Source: a bacterium (GTDB taxonomy: Bacteria > Patescibacteriota > Minisyncoccia > UBA6257 > GWB1-50-10). Taken from it: DNA of 57,391 nucleotides. The notes under the pieces are model-generated. The model did not search any database. It was not told the DNA's origin and saw only the letters and a list, made by a program, of their open reading frames with translations. The first letter of the stretch is position 1, and each line of letters opens with the position of its first letter. The position numbers and the translations under genes were made by a program. This document shows positions 9,374 to 17,113 of the stretch, piece after piece. The stretch spans positions 2,225 through 59,615 of the forward strand of contig JAKAHO010000001.1 of assembly GCA_021814835.1 (NCBI GenBank), written 5' to 3'.

Positions 9374-10402
9374 CTAATCCTCGCACTTTTCCAGCATGAT
9401 GAGCGTGCCGACGCCGCGAATGAGCAGATTCACCGCATCCACCTCGGAGATGCCGAGGCGCTGCTTGTTCGAGATGTCATACACACTGCCCTTGCTGTCC
9501 GAGTGTTCGCCGTCGATGCCGCGAAGCGAGAGCTTCAGCTCGTTGCAGATGCGCTTCAGCTTCGCCTCGTTCTTGCCGAGCTTCGGCAGCTTCACGTGCA
9601 CGCTGGCGCGCATAGCAGTGCCGAGGTTCGTGGGGCAGCTCGAAAGGTATCCGAGGTGCTCCGTGTACGCGAACTGAAGCTGACGCTGAAGCATTTCGAT
9701 AGCGCGTGCAAGTCGCGAGAAAACCTCGCGGACGTTGCCACCTTCCTGCATCGAGATGATGCGGAGCTCGTCCTCTTCGTTCACCCAGACCAAGAAACGC
9801 TTGTCGGCGGAGTGGAAAATACCCCTGCTCTCAGGCCACTCGCGGTTTGCGCCGGCTGCCTCGAGGAAACGGTCTCCCTTCTTGAAGAGGAAGTGGTCAG
9901 CCACGAGCTGCTGCCTCGTTGCTTCGTCCATTCCGGCGAGCGGATAATACATACCCTTCAAATCGCCGTCGAACTTCGAAAGAGAGTCAACTACGCGGCG
10001 CTCTACTTCGCGCCTCTGCTCGGCGGAAATCGCCGGAGCAAAAGGAATGCCCTTCAAGTTGCGTCCGACGCGGATACGCGTTGAAACGACGAAGGATCCA
10101 TCAGGGTCGACGCTGTCGGCAACGAGTTTCGTTGCGTCGAGGTCGGCGCTGTGCGTGTCTTCCTTCTTGTATCCGCCGTGATACTCCTCGATGATGGGGT
10201 CGAAAAGGGGAGCAAACAGCACGTACGAGTGCTCGTCGCCGGCATACACGCCGACGCTCGAATCCTCGTTGACTAGCCCAGAGTTGATTGCCTGCGCGAG
10301 CGTAAACCCGCTCGGCGTCACAACTCCTGCGAGCTTCTTCTTCACCTCCTCCGTGAGGTGCTTCTTCATGAGCGACTGCTTCGTTGCTTCTTTGTGTGTC
10401 AT
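9374..10402 (-). CDS. Arginine kinase-type phosphagen (ATP:guanido) kinase, two-domain eukaryote-like form
   Basis: Alignable by eye along its whole length to arthropod arginine kinase: LFDPIIEEYHGG, DHFLFKKGDRFL, FLVWVNEEDELRIISMQEGG, CPTNLGTAMRASVHVKLPKL, GSVYDISNKQRLG. Start taken as ATG 10402, behind a GAGGAG SD; the ORF-track start 10414 is GTG. Confidence 0.9.
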   Translation of the reverse strand: MTHKEATKQSLMKKHLTEEVKKKLAGVVTPSGFTLAQAINSGLVNEDSSVGVYAGDEHSYVLFAPLFDPIIEEYHGGYKKEDTHSADLDATKLVADSVDPDGSFVVSTRIRVGRNLKGIPFAPAISAEQRREVERRVVDSLSKFDGDLKGMYYPLAGMDEATRQQLVADHFLFKKGDRFLEAAGANREWPESRGIFHSADKRFLVWVNEEDELRIISMQEGGNVREVFSRLARAIEMLQRQLQFAYTEHLGYLSSCPTNLGTAMRASVHVKLPKLGKNEAKLKRICNELKLSLRGIDGEHSDSKGSVYDISNKQRLGISEVDAVNLLIRGVGTLIMLEKCED

Positions 10403-10494
10403 GGTGATGTGCACTCCTCTTATTGGTTAAGGTACTGACGAAGAGCGTATCGTACCACGGAAAATATTACAATAGAGGCGGGTAAAACACAAGG

Positions 10495-11451
10495 TTATTG
10501 CGCCAAAAAATCCACAAGAACGCGCGAAAGTTTTTGGGCATCGTGGCGCACCACGTCGGACTGGCTCACGACGTCATAATGCAATATTTTTTTCGCGTAT
10601 GAGTGCAGTGTTTTTTCGTCAACGATAACAGGATACGCGCGTTCAAAGGCGTATTTTTGGACAAGTTCGCCGCGCAATTCAGACGCGTTGTATACCAAAG
10701 CATCGAGGACAGGAAGGCCCAAATAATGCAGTAATTGCCTCACAAAATCGGACGCTTTAAAATGGTTGGTCTCTCCCCATTTTGTCATAGCATTCACGAC
10801 CATCACGGTCTTCGCGCAGCTCCGCACAACCGAGTCGGAAAAACCTTTCACGAGCATATTGGGAATAATGGACGAGTAGAGGTCTCCGGGGCCGAACACT
10901 ATCAAATCAGCCTGCTCTAACGCCTCCGCCGCACGGGGGTTGATGCGCGCGTCCGGGGAAAGAAACACTCTTTTAATTTTAAGCGCGCCGTCGTGCTTCG
11001 GGATATCAATATTCGTTTCTCCCTTAATTACCTCGCCGTTCTCAAGTTCGGCGCACAGATGCGCGTTATCGGTCGAAACGGGGAGCACAACGCCATTAAT
11101 ACCCAGGAGCTTGCCCGCGCGTTCAATGGCGTCGACTTCATTGCCTGCAACATCGGTAAGCGCTTGAAGAAAAAGATTGCCAAAGCTATGCCCGCGCAAA
11201 GAGCTGTCGGATTTAAAACGATAATTAAAAAGATCGCGGAGCGTTGCGTCGCCCTCATCGGGCGCAAGCGCCACGAGGCACCGCCGTACGTCGCCCGCAG
11301 GAAGCGTGCCGAACTCGTCGCGGAGAATACCCGAACTTCCTCCGTTATCGAACGCAGTAACAATAGCAGTAAGGTGAACGGGATGGTGTTTAAGCCCCTT
11401 TAATACGTTAAACGTGCCCGAACCTCCTCCCACCACTACGACTTTTTTCAT
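10495..11451 (-). CDS. yvcK: YvcK/CofD-family (UPF0052) protein
   Basis: MKKVVVVGGGSGTFNVLKGLK, AIVTAFDNGGSSGILRDEFG and LPAGDVRRCLVALA motifs. Start at 11451; the in-frame ATG at 11478 (MNSVRGLDG-) is an alternative. Confidence 0.85.
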   Translation of the reverse strand: MKKVVVVGGGSGTFNVLKGLKHHPVHLTAIVTAFDNGGSSGILRDEFGTLPAGDVRRCLVALAPDEGDATLRDLFNYRFKSDSSLRGHSFGNLFLQALTDVAGNEVDAIERAGKLLGINGVVLPVSTDNAHLCAELENGEVIKGETNIDIPKHDGALKIKRVFLSPDARINPRAAEALEQADLIVFGPGDLYSSIIPNMLVKGFSDSVVRSCAKTVMVVNAMTKWGETNHFKASDFVRQLLHYLGLPVLDALVYNASELRGELVQKYAFERAYPVIVDEKTLHSYAKKILHYDVVSQSDVVRHDAQKLSRVLVDFLAQ

Positions 11452-11478
11452 CCCATCTAAACCTCTAACGGAGTTCAT
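11446..11478 (-). repeat. degenerate/solo copy of the hairpin-element boundary in the yvcK 5' end
   Basis: Minus strand reads ATGAAC-TCCGTTAGAGG-TTTAGAT-GGG-ATGAAA: a left arm with 1 mismatch, then GGGATGAAA, with only about 20 nt between. Confidence 0.6.
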
Positions 11479-11508
11479 ACCCATTGATTGTATCATTGCC
11501 CAAAATTG

Positions 11509-11517
11509 TGCTAGAAT
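11509..11517 (+). promoter_or_regulatory. extended -10 promoter TGcTAGAAT for the riboswitch-metK transcript
   Basis: The TGCTAGAAT string is the same as the 4294-4302 promoter. It lies about 15 nt upstream of the riboswitch P1 stem. Confidence 0.5.
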
Positions 11518-11532
11518 GCAACTACAACTGAA

Positions 11533-11683
11533 TACATATCCAGAGCGGTGGGGAGAGAATTGGCTCGATGATCCACCCAGCAACCCCTGACATACCTGTC
11601 AGGAAGGTGCTCCATCCAACCCCGCACGGGGGAAGATAAAGGTCGACACGCTTCCTCACGAATTCCGGAGGAGCTCTTTTTTT
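11533..11683 (+). promoter_or_regulatory. SAM-I (S-box) riboswitch with terminator expression platform
   Basis: UAUCCAGAGCGGUGGGGAGA..GGCUCGAUGAUCCACCCAGCAACC, a P3 hairpin CCUGACA/UGUCAGG, GGUGCUCCAUCC, a P4 hairpin CCCCG/CGGGG, and closing GAUAA. A UUCCUC/GAGGAG hairpin plus U-run follows at 11652-11683. The element lies directly upstream of metK. Confidence 0.8.
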
Positions 11684-11707
11684 GTATTCAGTTGCAATAA
11701 AAAATCT

Positions 11708-12652
11708 ATGAACAACACAAAAACATGCGAGTTTGTCTCGCCGCAACACCCCGACAAGATATGCGACTTCATTGCGGACTCTCTGCTTGATGCATTTATG
11801 AAGAAGGACCAGAAATCGCGGGTCGCAATAGAGGTAATGGGCGGACACAAGCAGATAGTCGTGTCAGGAGAAGTAACAAGCAAGGCAAACATCGATATTC
11901 GCGCGATAACGCAGCAAATAGTCGGTGCAGATTTTCAGATACGTTCGATTGTTGAAAAACAAAGCCCCTTTATTGCGAAGGGTGTTGATACGGGCGGCGC
12001 AGGAGACCAAGGTATTATGATTGGGTATGCAACAAATGAAACTAATGTGCTTTTGCCGCGGGAATATGTGCTCGCACGCGACCTTTGCAAAACCATCTTT
12101 ACACAGTATCCGTATGACGGAAAAACACAGGTAACGCTTGAAAACGGAAATGTCCGCACGGTGGTCGCGAGTTTTCAAAATACAAAGTCGAACGACCTGT
12201 TAAAACTTGTAAAAAATAATATTACTGCGGATGAATATATTATTAATCCAGCAGGCGAGTGGGAGCTTGGCGGATTTGATGCGGATACGGGCATTTCAGG
12301 AAGAAAGATTGTGATAGACAACTATGGACCCGAAATCGGCATCGGCGGCGGATCATTTTCGGGAAAAGACTACACAAAAGTTGACCGAAGCGGAGCATAC
12401 GCTGCGCGCAAGCTTGCAGTTCTACTCCTCAAAAAACACAACGCAAACGCCGTACGCGTAAAACTTGCCTATGCCATCGGAAAAAAGGAACCAGTGATGG
12501 CGGTGGCGGAAATTGATGGGAAAGAAATAACAATAGGCGCAGAATACGACCTTTCACCGAAGGGAATATATGCAATGCTGAATCTCGGAAAGGTAAAATG
12601 GGCCGATACCTCCCGCTGGGGGCACTTCGGTAGAAACTTCTCCTGGCAATAA
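11708..12652 (+). CDS. metK: S-adenosylmethionine synthetase, short form (314 aa)
   Basis: HPDKICDFIADSLLDA, GAGDQGIMIGYA and GGGSFSGKDYTKVDRSGAY motifs. A SAM riboswitch lies upstream. Confidence 0.85.
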   Translation: MNNTKTCEFVSPQHPDKICDFIADSLLDAFMKKDQKSRVAIEVMGGHKQIVVSGEVTSKANIDIRAITQQIVGADFQIRSIVEKQSPFIAKGVDTGGAGDQGIMIGYATNETNVLLPREYVLARDLCKTIFTQYPYDGKTQVTLENGNVRTVVASFQNTKSNDLLKLVKNNITADEYIINPAGEWELGGFDADTGISGRKIVIDNYGPEIGIGGGSFSGKDYTKVDRSGAYAARKLAVLLLKKHNANAVRVKLAYAIGKKEPVMAVAEIDGKEITIGAEYDLSPKGIYAMLNLGKVKWADTSRWGHFGRNFSWQ

Positions 12653-12654
12653 TC

Positions 12655-12688
12655 ATAAAAAAATCCCGCCTGTAAACATACAGGCGGG
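12655..12688 (-). terminator. rho-independent terminator (minus-strand U-run)
   Basis: CCCGCCTGT/ACAGGCGGG stem, followed on the minus strand by TTTTTTT. Confidence 0.7.
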
Positions 12689-12708
12689 CTTACGCCGAAA
12701 CCCCATTA

Positions 12709-13155
12709 CTATTCCACATACTTAATGACGGGAATCCGCTCACCGTTGGACCGCTCCTCGATGCAGACCTCGGCAACGAGCTCGCGGTCACGCTTGCCGC
12801 GCAACACGCAAACAAGTTGATTAGTCGGAAAACCGAGCCGCGACACCGTCTTGTAGTCGATGGTCACGGAGTTGCGGTAGCGGCACATCACCATGCGAAT
12901 CGCGCGAATAAAAAGTTTCATATCTTTATTGCAACGCACGCAGCGCGAGGGCAGATTCAATCCCTTCTTCGCATAAATGTATTGCATTATCGGAGAAAAC
13001 ACGATTGATGAACCGCAGACAATGCACCGTCTCACCTCAAGGGGGTGCTGGGACATGCACCTCTTGCACAGCGGATGAACCTTTCCCCTTCGTTTCTTGT
13101 GGACTCTTATCAAGTGTCCGCACAACCTTGCAGCAACACGTCTCGTCTCGCGCAA
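12709..13155 (-). CDS. hypothetical Cys-rich (3x CxxC) protein
   Basis: CKRC..CIVC..CVRC motifs. An AGGAGG SD lies 7 nt before the in-frame TTG at 13155; the ORF-track start is TTG 13173. Last gene of the mgtA-led minus-strand string. Confidence 0.5.
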   Translation of the reverse strand: MRETRRVAARLCGHLIRVHKKRRGKVHPLCKRCMSQHPLEVRRCIVCGSSIVFSPIMQYIYAKKGLNLPSRCVRCNKDMKLFIRAIRMVMCRYRNSVTIDYKTVSRLGFPTNQLVCVLRGKRDRELVAEVCIEERSNGERIPVIKYVE

Positions 13156-13178
13156 ATGCAGTCCTCCTCTCAAAGAGA

Positions 13179-13439
13179 TTAGTTGTTGTACAACTCTCCG
13201 TTCGCTTTGTTTGTGAGAATATCAAGAACAAGCAAATCAAATTGCCTGCAATCGAAAGGAACGAAGACGCGCCAATACTGATCGCAATTCAAACACACGA
13301 TAAGGTATGCCGTGTGGGAATGCGAGGTGCAATTGAACATCTGAATCAACGCATGCGCGACATAGTTTCCATTTACGCACTCACACGTCATGTCGACATG
13401 CGTCAGCTTCCATAGTCTAATCGAATCATGCAATCCCAT
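13179..13439 (-). CDS. small Cys-rich protein, paralog 1 (CxC..CxxC)
   Basis: LTHVDMTCECVNGNY..YLIVCLNCDQYW. Own SD (GGGGG, 7 nt spacing). Clear homology to the next ORF. Confidence 0.6.
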   Translation of the reverse strand: MGLHDSIRLWKLTHVDMTCECVNGNYVAHALIQMFNCTSHSHTAYLIVCLNCDQYWRVFVPFDCRQFDLLVLDILTNKANGELYNN

Positions 13440-13471
13440 GTACCAACCCCCGTTCCTGAGTCAATCGCGCA

Positions 13472-13723
13472 TTAATGAAAATACGTTTCATTCTTTTCGT
13501 GATACAAAATCTCAATCATGAATTCTTCGCATTCAGTGAATGGAATTTCATACCACATCCACGAATGGCACCTTTGGCATGAAATGAGATATGTAACCTC
13601 ATCGCTCATTGTTCCGTCGAGTTTCTGAATGGCGACGTGAAGGCAAAAATCTCCATTTACGCATTCGCAATCCATATCCAAATACGTCAATAAAAAACGG
13701 CGGGTGCTCTTCTTGTCGAGCAT
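13472..13723 (-). CDS. small Cys-rich protein, paralog 2 (CxC..CxxC)
   Basis: LTYLDMDCECVNGDF..YLISCQRCHSWMW. SD AAGAGG, 7 nt spacing. Confidence 0.6.
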   Translation of the reverse strand: MLDKKSTRRFLLTYLDMDCECVNGDFCLHVAIQKLDGTMSDEVTYLISCQRCHSWMWYEIPFTECEEFMIEILYHEKNETYFH

Positions 13724-13752
13724 CGGTACGCCTCTTTTCCATCAACGGGCTT

Positions 13753-14013
13753 TCAGTGAATCCATTTTTCATTAGACGGATGGGCCAGCGCCGACTCGGC
13801 GAATCCGTCAAGCCTCGACTTAAGCTCGGTATTTTTTTCTCTCCAGTGTCCGCCGCACTGCATACAAATAAGAAGGCAGCTCGCGCACCTTCCGAATGCC
13901 TCGAAATAGAAAATAATATGAGTAGAAAGTCCGGAACCATCAGTCGAACATTGACACCGAACGGACACATACAGGGGCTTCAATACCGCTTCACGCCTCA
14001 AGAATGCGCCCAT
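13753..14013 (-). CDS. small Cys-rich protein, distant paralog 3 (CxC..CxxC..CxxC)
   Basis: VSVRCQCSTDGSG..CASCLLICMQCGGHW. SD AGGAG, 6 nt spacing. Confidence 0.55.
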   Translation of the reverse strand: MGAFLRREAVLKPLYVSVRCQCSTDGSGLSTHIIFYFEAFGRCASCLLICMQCGGHWREKNTELKSRLDGFAESALAHPSNEKWIH

Positions 14014-14084
14014 AATCAGCTCCTTTCTTTAGGGAATAGCGTGGTAAATAGCTGTTTGCATCATACCCCCTCGATTCCACTAAA

Positions 14085-16625
14085 TCAATTCCTGGCGACG
14101 TGTTCTATAAACCAGTTTTTTACCGCCCACACCAAAACAAGGTAGAGCGCAATAGTGCTAAAAAGTATTAGGAAGAAGGGTGCGGGCATTACAACAAGAT
14201 GAAGAGCCTGCGCAAGCGGTGAATAAGGAAGGATAAACACAAGCGCAATTATTGAAAATACGAATGCGGAAAGCGTATAGCTGGGTTTGCTTTCAAAAAA
14301 GGGAATTCTTCGCGTGCGGATTATAAAAATAAGCAGCATTTGCGCAAGCATGGTCTGCAGGAACCAACCCGTTTGGAAAAGTTCTTGATTCGCTCCGGCA
14401 TTAAAATATTTCAAAAGAATGCCGAACATAATAAAATCGAAAAGCGAAACAACGGGGCCGAGCGTGAGCATAAAAAGAAATATCGAACGCATATGCCATT
14501 TTCTTGGATAACGAAGATACTCTCGGTCTACATTATCGCTCGGAATACCAACCTGTCCGACTTCATAGAGATAATTATTGAGGAGCATCTGCACGGGAGC
14601 CATTGGTAAAAAGGGGAGTACGACGCTCGCAATAGTCGTCGTAATCATATATCCCGCGTTCACCATACTCGTCATGCGGATATATTTCATAAAATTGCCG
14701 TAGACCTTGCGCCCCTCAAGAACACCATCGGTAAGCGCGTCCAAATCTTTCTCAAGAAGCACGATACCCGCAGACTCCTTCGCCACATCAACGGCATTAT
14801 TTACCGAAAGCCCCACATCCGCCGCGCGCAGTGAAAGCGCATCATTAATGCCATCGCCGAGATACCCCACAGTATGGCCGCGCAGATTCAGACTCTTCAC
14901 AATACGCTCTTTCTGTTCGGGAGTCATACGCGCAAATACGCGAGTCTTCTCGGCAAGTTCCCCGAGTCTTGCGTCAGTAAGTGCGTTTATTTCGCTTCCC
15001 ACCACAATCGTTCCCGTCTCAATGCCGAGATCGCCGCAGATTTTCTTCGTCACTAGCTCGCTATCTCCCGTAACGATTTTGAACGCGACTCCCTCGCGGG
15101 CAAGTGCGGCAACCGCCTCCTTCGCAGAAGGCTTTGCGGGGTCGAGGAAGCCCATATAGCCGATAAGTGTAAGTTCGCTCTCGTCGTGAACGTCATATGC
15201 CTTTTTCTCCTCAATCGGCTTATGCGCAACTGCCAGCACGCGAAAACCCTCTGCACTCAGCTTCAGATATTCCGAAAGAATGTGCGCGTGATGGTCGGGG
15301 TGCAACGGCTTCTTCACGCCGTGCTCATCGTATGAGACGCAACGCACAATAATTTCCTCGGGCGAGCCAATCGCGATAAACGTTACCTTATTATCCTTCT
15401 TTACCGCTACCGAATTTATTTTGCGTTCAAAATCAAATGGCACTTCATCGAGTTTCTCATATCCGTGCAAGTCCTCGCGTTTATGCTTCAATACCGCGGC
15501 ATTCAAAAGGTTTCTGATGCCGGTCTGATAAAAACTGTTTATGTAACCGTACATAAACACATTCTCATCCTCAGCCCCCGACACATTCACATGCCGCTCA
15601 AGAATAATCTCGTTCATTGTAAGCGTTCCCGTTTTATCAGAACAAAGCACGTCCATAGCGCCGAGGTTCTGTATTGAATTGAGGCGCTTTACGATAACTT
15701 TCTTCCGCGACATCGCAAGCGCACCGCGCGATAAGTTAAGGGTTACAATCATCGGCAGTGTCTCGGGAGTAATCTGTACCGCGACCGCAAGCGCAAAAAG
15801 AAGCGACTCAATCATATTTCGGTGTTGCAACGCGCGGATGCCCGTTATTGCGATGACGACGACAAGAATCACGCGTATCATAAGCCACGTAAATTCCCTC
15901 ATCTGGCGGTCAAATAATGTTTCGCCCTTCGCTTCGGCGAGTTTCTGCGTAAGCGCGCCAAATGCAGTATGCCGCCCCGTATGAATTACAAGCCCCGTAC
16001 CGATACCGCTCATTACAGACGATCCCATAAACGCCATATTCCGCAACTGCGGAGAAATTGCAGTTCCTTCGGGTGCGTTTTCTGCAAGCTTCTCGACAGG
16101 AAATGATTCTCCTGTAAGCGACGCCTGATTCACGAAAAGATCTTTTGCGGAAATAATGCGGACGTCGCCCGAAATCATATCGCCGGCCGAAAGATTCACC
16201 ACGTCGCCGGGTACAACGCTTTTAAGCGGAATTTCCTTAATAACGCCCTCGCGGATAACTTCGCACATTGTCTGCACCATCTCACCGAGCTTCCTTGCTG
16301 CCCTTTGCGCTCTGCGTTCCTGAAAAAAAGAAAGGCCGACACTCATCGTAACCATTGCCCCCACGACAAGCGTGCTAATTTTATCTCCAAAAAAATAGGA
16401 AAATGCGGCAATAATAATAAGAACAATAACGAGGGGGTTAATGAAACGCTTCGCAAGATCTATGAGAAAAAAAACATCGCGACCCGCGCCTATCTCATTC
16501 GCGCCGAATTTCTTTAGTCGGAGCGCGGCGACAGCATCCGATATTCCGGAATTATTCGAAGAAAGGGCGTCAAAGGCTTTATAAAGAGGGGCGGATGCAA
16601 AATCAATATTTTGATCTGTCGGCAT
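14085..16625 (-). CDS. mgtA: P-type ATPase, Mg2+-importing MgtA-like
   Basis: VPGDVVNLSAGDMISGDVRII..LFVNQASLTGESFPVEK, phosphorylation site CSDKTGTLT, TGDS and GDGINDALSL motifs, about 10 TM helices. Confidence 0.85.
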   Translation of the reverse strand: MPTDQNIDFASAPLYKAFDALSSNNSGISDAVAALRLKKFGANEIGAGRDVFFLIDLAKRFINPLVIVLIIIAAFSYFFGDKISTLVVGAMVTMSVGLSFFQERRAQRAARKLGEMVQTMCEVIREGVIKEIPLKSVVPGDVVNLSAGDMISGDVRIISAKDLFVNQASLTGESFPVEKLAENAPEGTAISPQLRNMAFMGSSVMSGIGTGLVIHTGRHTAFGALTQKLAEAKGETLFDRQMREFTWLMIRVILVVVIAITGIRALQHRNMIESLLFALAVAVQITPETLPMIVTLNLSRGALAMSRKKVIVKRLNSIQNLGAMDVLCSDKTGTLTMNEIILERHVNVSGAEDENVFMYGYINSFYQTGIRNLLNAAVLKHKREDLHGYEKLDEVPFDFERKINSVAVKKDNKVTFIAIGSPEEIIVRCVSYDEHGVKKPLHPDHHAHILSEYLKLSAEGFRVLAVAHKPIEEKKAYDVHDESELTLIGYMGFLDPAKPSAKEAVAALAREGVAFKIVTGDSELVTKKICGDLGIETGTIVVGSEINALTDARLGELAEKTRVFARMTPEQKERIVKSLNLRGHTVGYLGDGINDALSLRAADVGLSVNNAVDVAKESAGIVLLEKDLDALTDGVLEGRKVYGNFMKYIRMTSMVNAGYMITTTIASVVLPFLPMAPVQMLLNNYLYEVGQVGIPSDNVDREYLRYPRKWHMRSIFLFMLTLGPVVSLFDFIMFGILLKYFNAGANQELFQTGWFLQTMLAQMLLIFIIRTRRIPFFESKPSYTLSAFVFSIIALVFILPYSPLAQALHLVVMPAPFFLILFSTIALYLVLVWAVKNWFIEHVARN

Positions 16626-16645
16626 ATATTCACTTTACCACGTTT

Positions 16646-16676
16646 AGAGAAAAACCCCGCCGTGAGGGCGGGGTTT
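16646..16676 (-). terminator. rho-independent terminator
   Basis: CCCCGCC/GGCGGGG stem, followed by TTTTT on the minus strand. Confidence 0.75.
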
Positions 16677-16683
16677 GTGGACG

Positions 16684-17007
16684 CTAAAACTTTTTCTCTT
16701 TTTCTTTTTTTGCCTGTCTCTCTGCAATAATCTTGGCCGCAAGCGCCTTCGCCGCCAGTTGCTTTTCTCTCCAATCACTCATCTCAATATTTTCTTCCCC
16801 CGCTGTTTTGTCGAAAACGAACTCTATTTCCTGCGTCTTTTTGAATTCTCTTTGAGACGCAGCCGCTGCGCGCCTATCCATTTCTTCCGGGGTTAACTCC
16901 TCAGTCGGAAAAAGCTTCTCGGGCTCTGGCTTTGGCACTGCCTCCTCGGCAGCCTTTGCAGCCCTATAGGAATCATTGCGCATATGTTCAAACATTCCTT
17001 TTTCCAT
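16684..17007 (-). CDS. hypothetical highly charged protein
   Basis: 107 aa, rich in Glu/Lys/Ala. Full TTGACA/TATAAA promoter, with the ATG 6 nt after the -10 box. Confidence 0.55.
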   Translation of the reverse strand: MEKGMFEHMRNDSYRAAKAAEEAVPKPEPEKLFPTEELTPEEMDRRAAAASQREFKKTQEIEFVFDKTAGEENIEMSDWREKQLAAKALAAKIIAERQAKKEKEKKF

Positions 17008-17013
17008 AGATTG

Positions 17014-17042
17014 TTTATATCACAATATATTATATTTGTCAA
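17014..17042 (-). promoter_or_regulatory. sigma70-type promoter TTGACA-17-TGaTATAAA, leaderless geometry
   Basis: The -35 box is at 17042..17037 and the -10 box at 17019..17014. Only 6 nt separate the -10 box from ATG 17007. Confidence 0.6.
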
Positions 17043-17098
17043 TATCCAGTGCGACTGTGGGTATTTGCTTCCATTATACCAAATATTGAAACTGAGCG

Positions 17099-17107
17099 TG
17101 GTATACT
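17099..17107 (+). promoter_or_regulatory. extended -10 promoter TGgTATACT, leaderless geometry
   Basis: 6 nt between TATACT (17102-17107) and ATG 17114. Confidence 0.55.
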
Positions 17108-17113
17108 GGAGAT

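Noticed and set aside
9341-10084. Long ORFs antisense to, or in off-frames of, real genes: 9341..10084, 18647..19282, 18759..19355, 21481..21864, 23226..23855, 24710..25345, 25621..26235, 33538..34071 and 37318..38157.
   Set aside because: They lie opposite or overlapping CDS with clear homology or signal/SD/terminator support. They have Arg/Ala/Gly/Pro-rich low-complexity translations typical of GC-rich antisense frames, and they lack SDs and promoters.
9374-10402. Could the guanidino kinase be the bacterial McsB protein-arginine kinase?
   Set aside because: McsB lacks the N-terminal alpha-helical substrate-specificity domain and is normally linked to clpC, mcsA and ctsR. This protein has the N-terminal domain and the CPTNLGT block of true phosphagen kinases, and it has no such neighbours.
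16626-16683. An Mg2+ (M-box) riboswitch upstream of mgtA.
   Set aside because: Only 58 nt separate mgtA from the upstream gene, and that space is filled by the upstream gene's terminator. There is no room for an M-box aptamer of about 160 nt.
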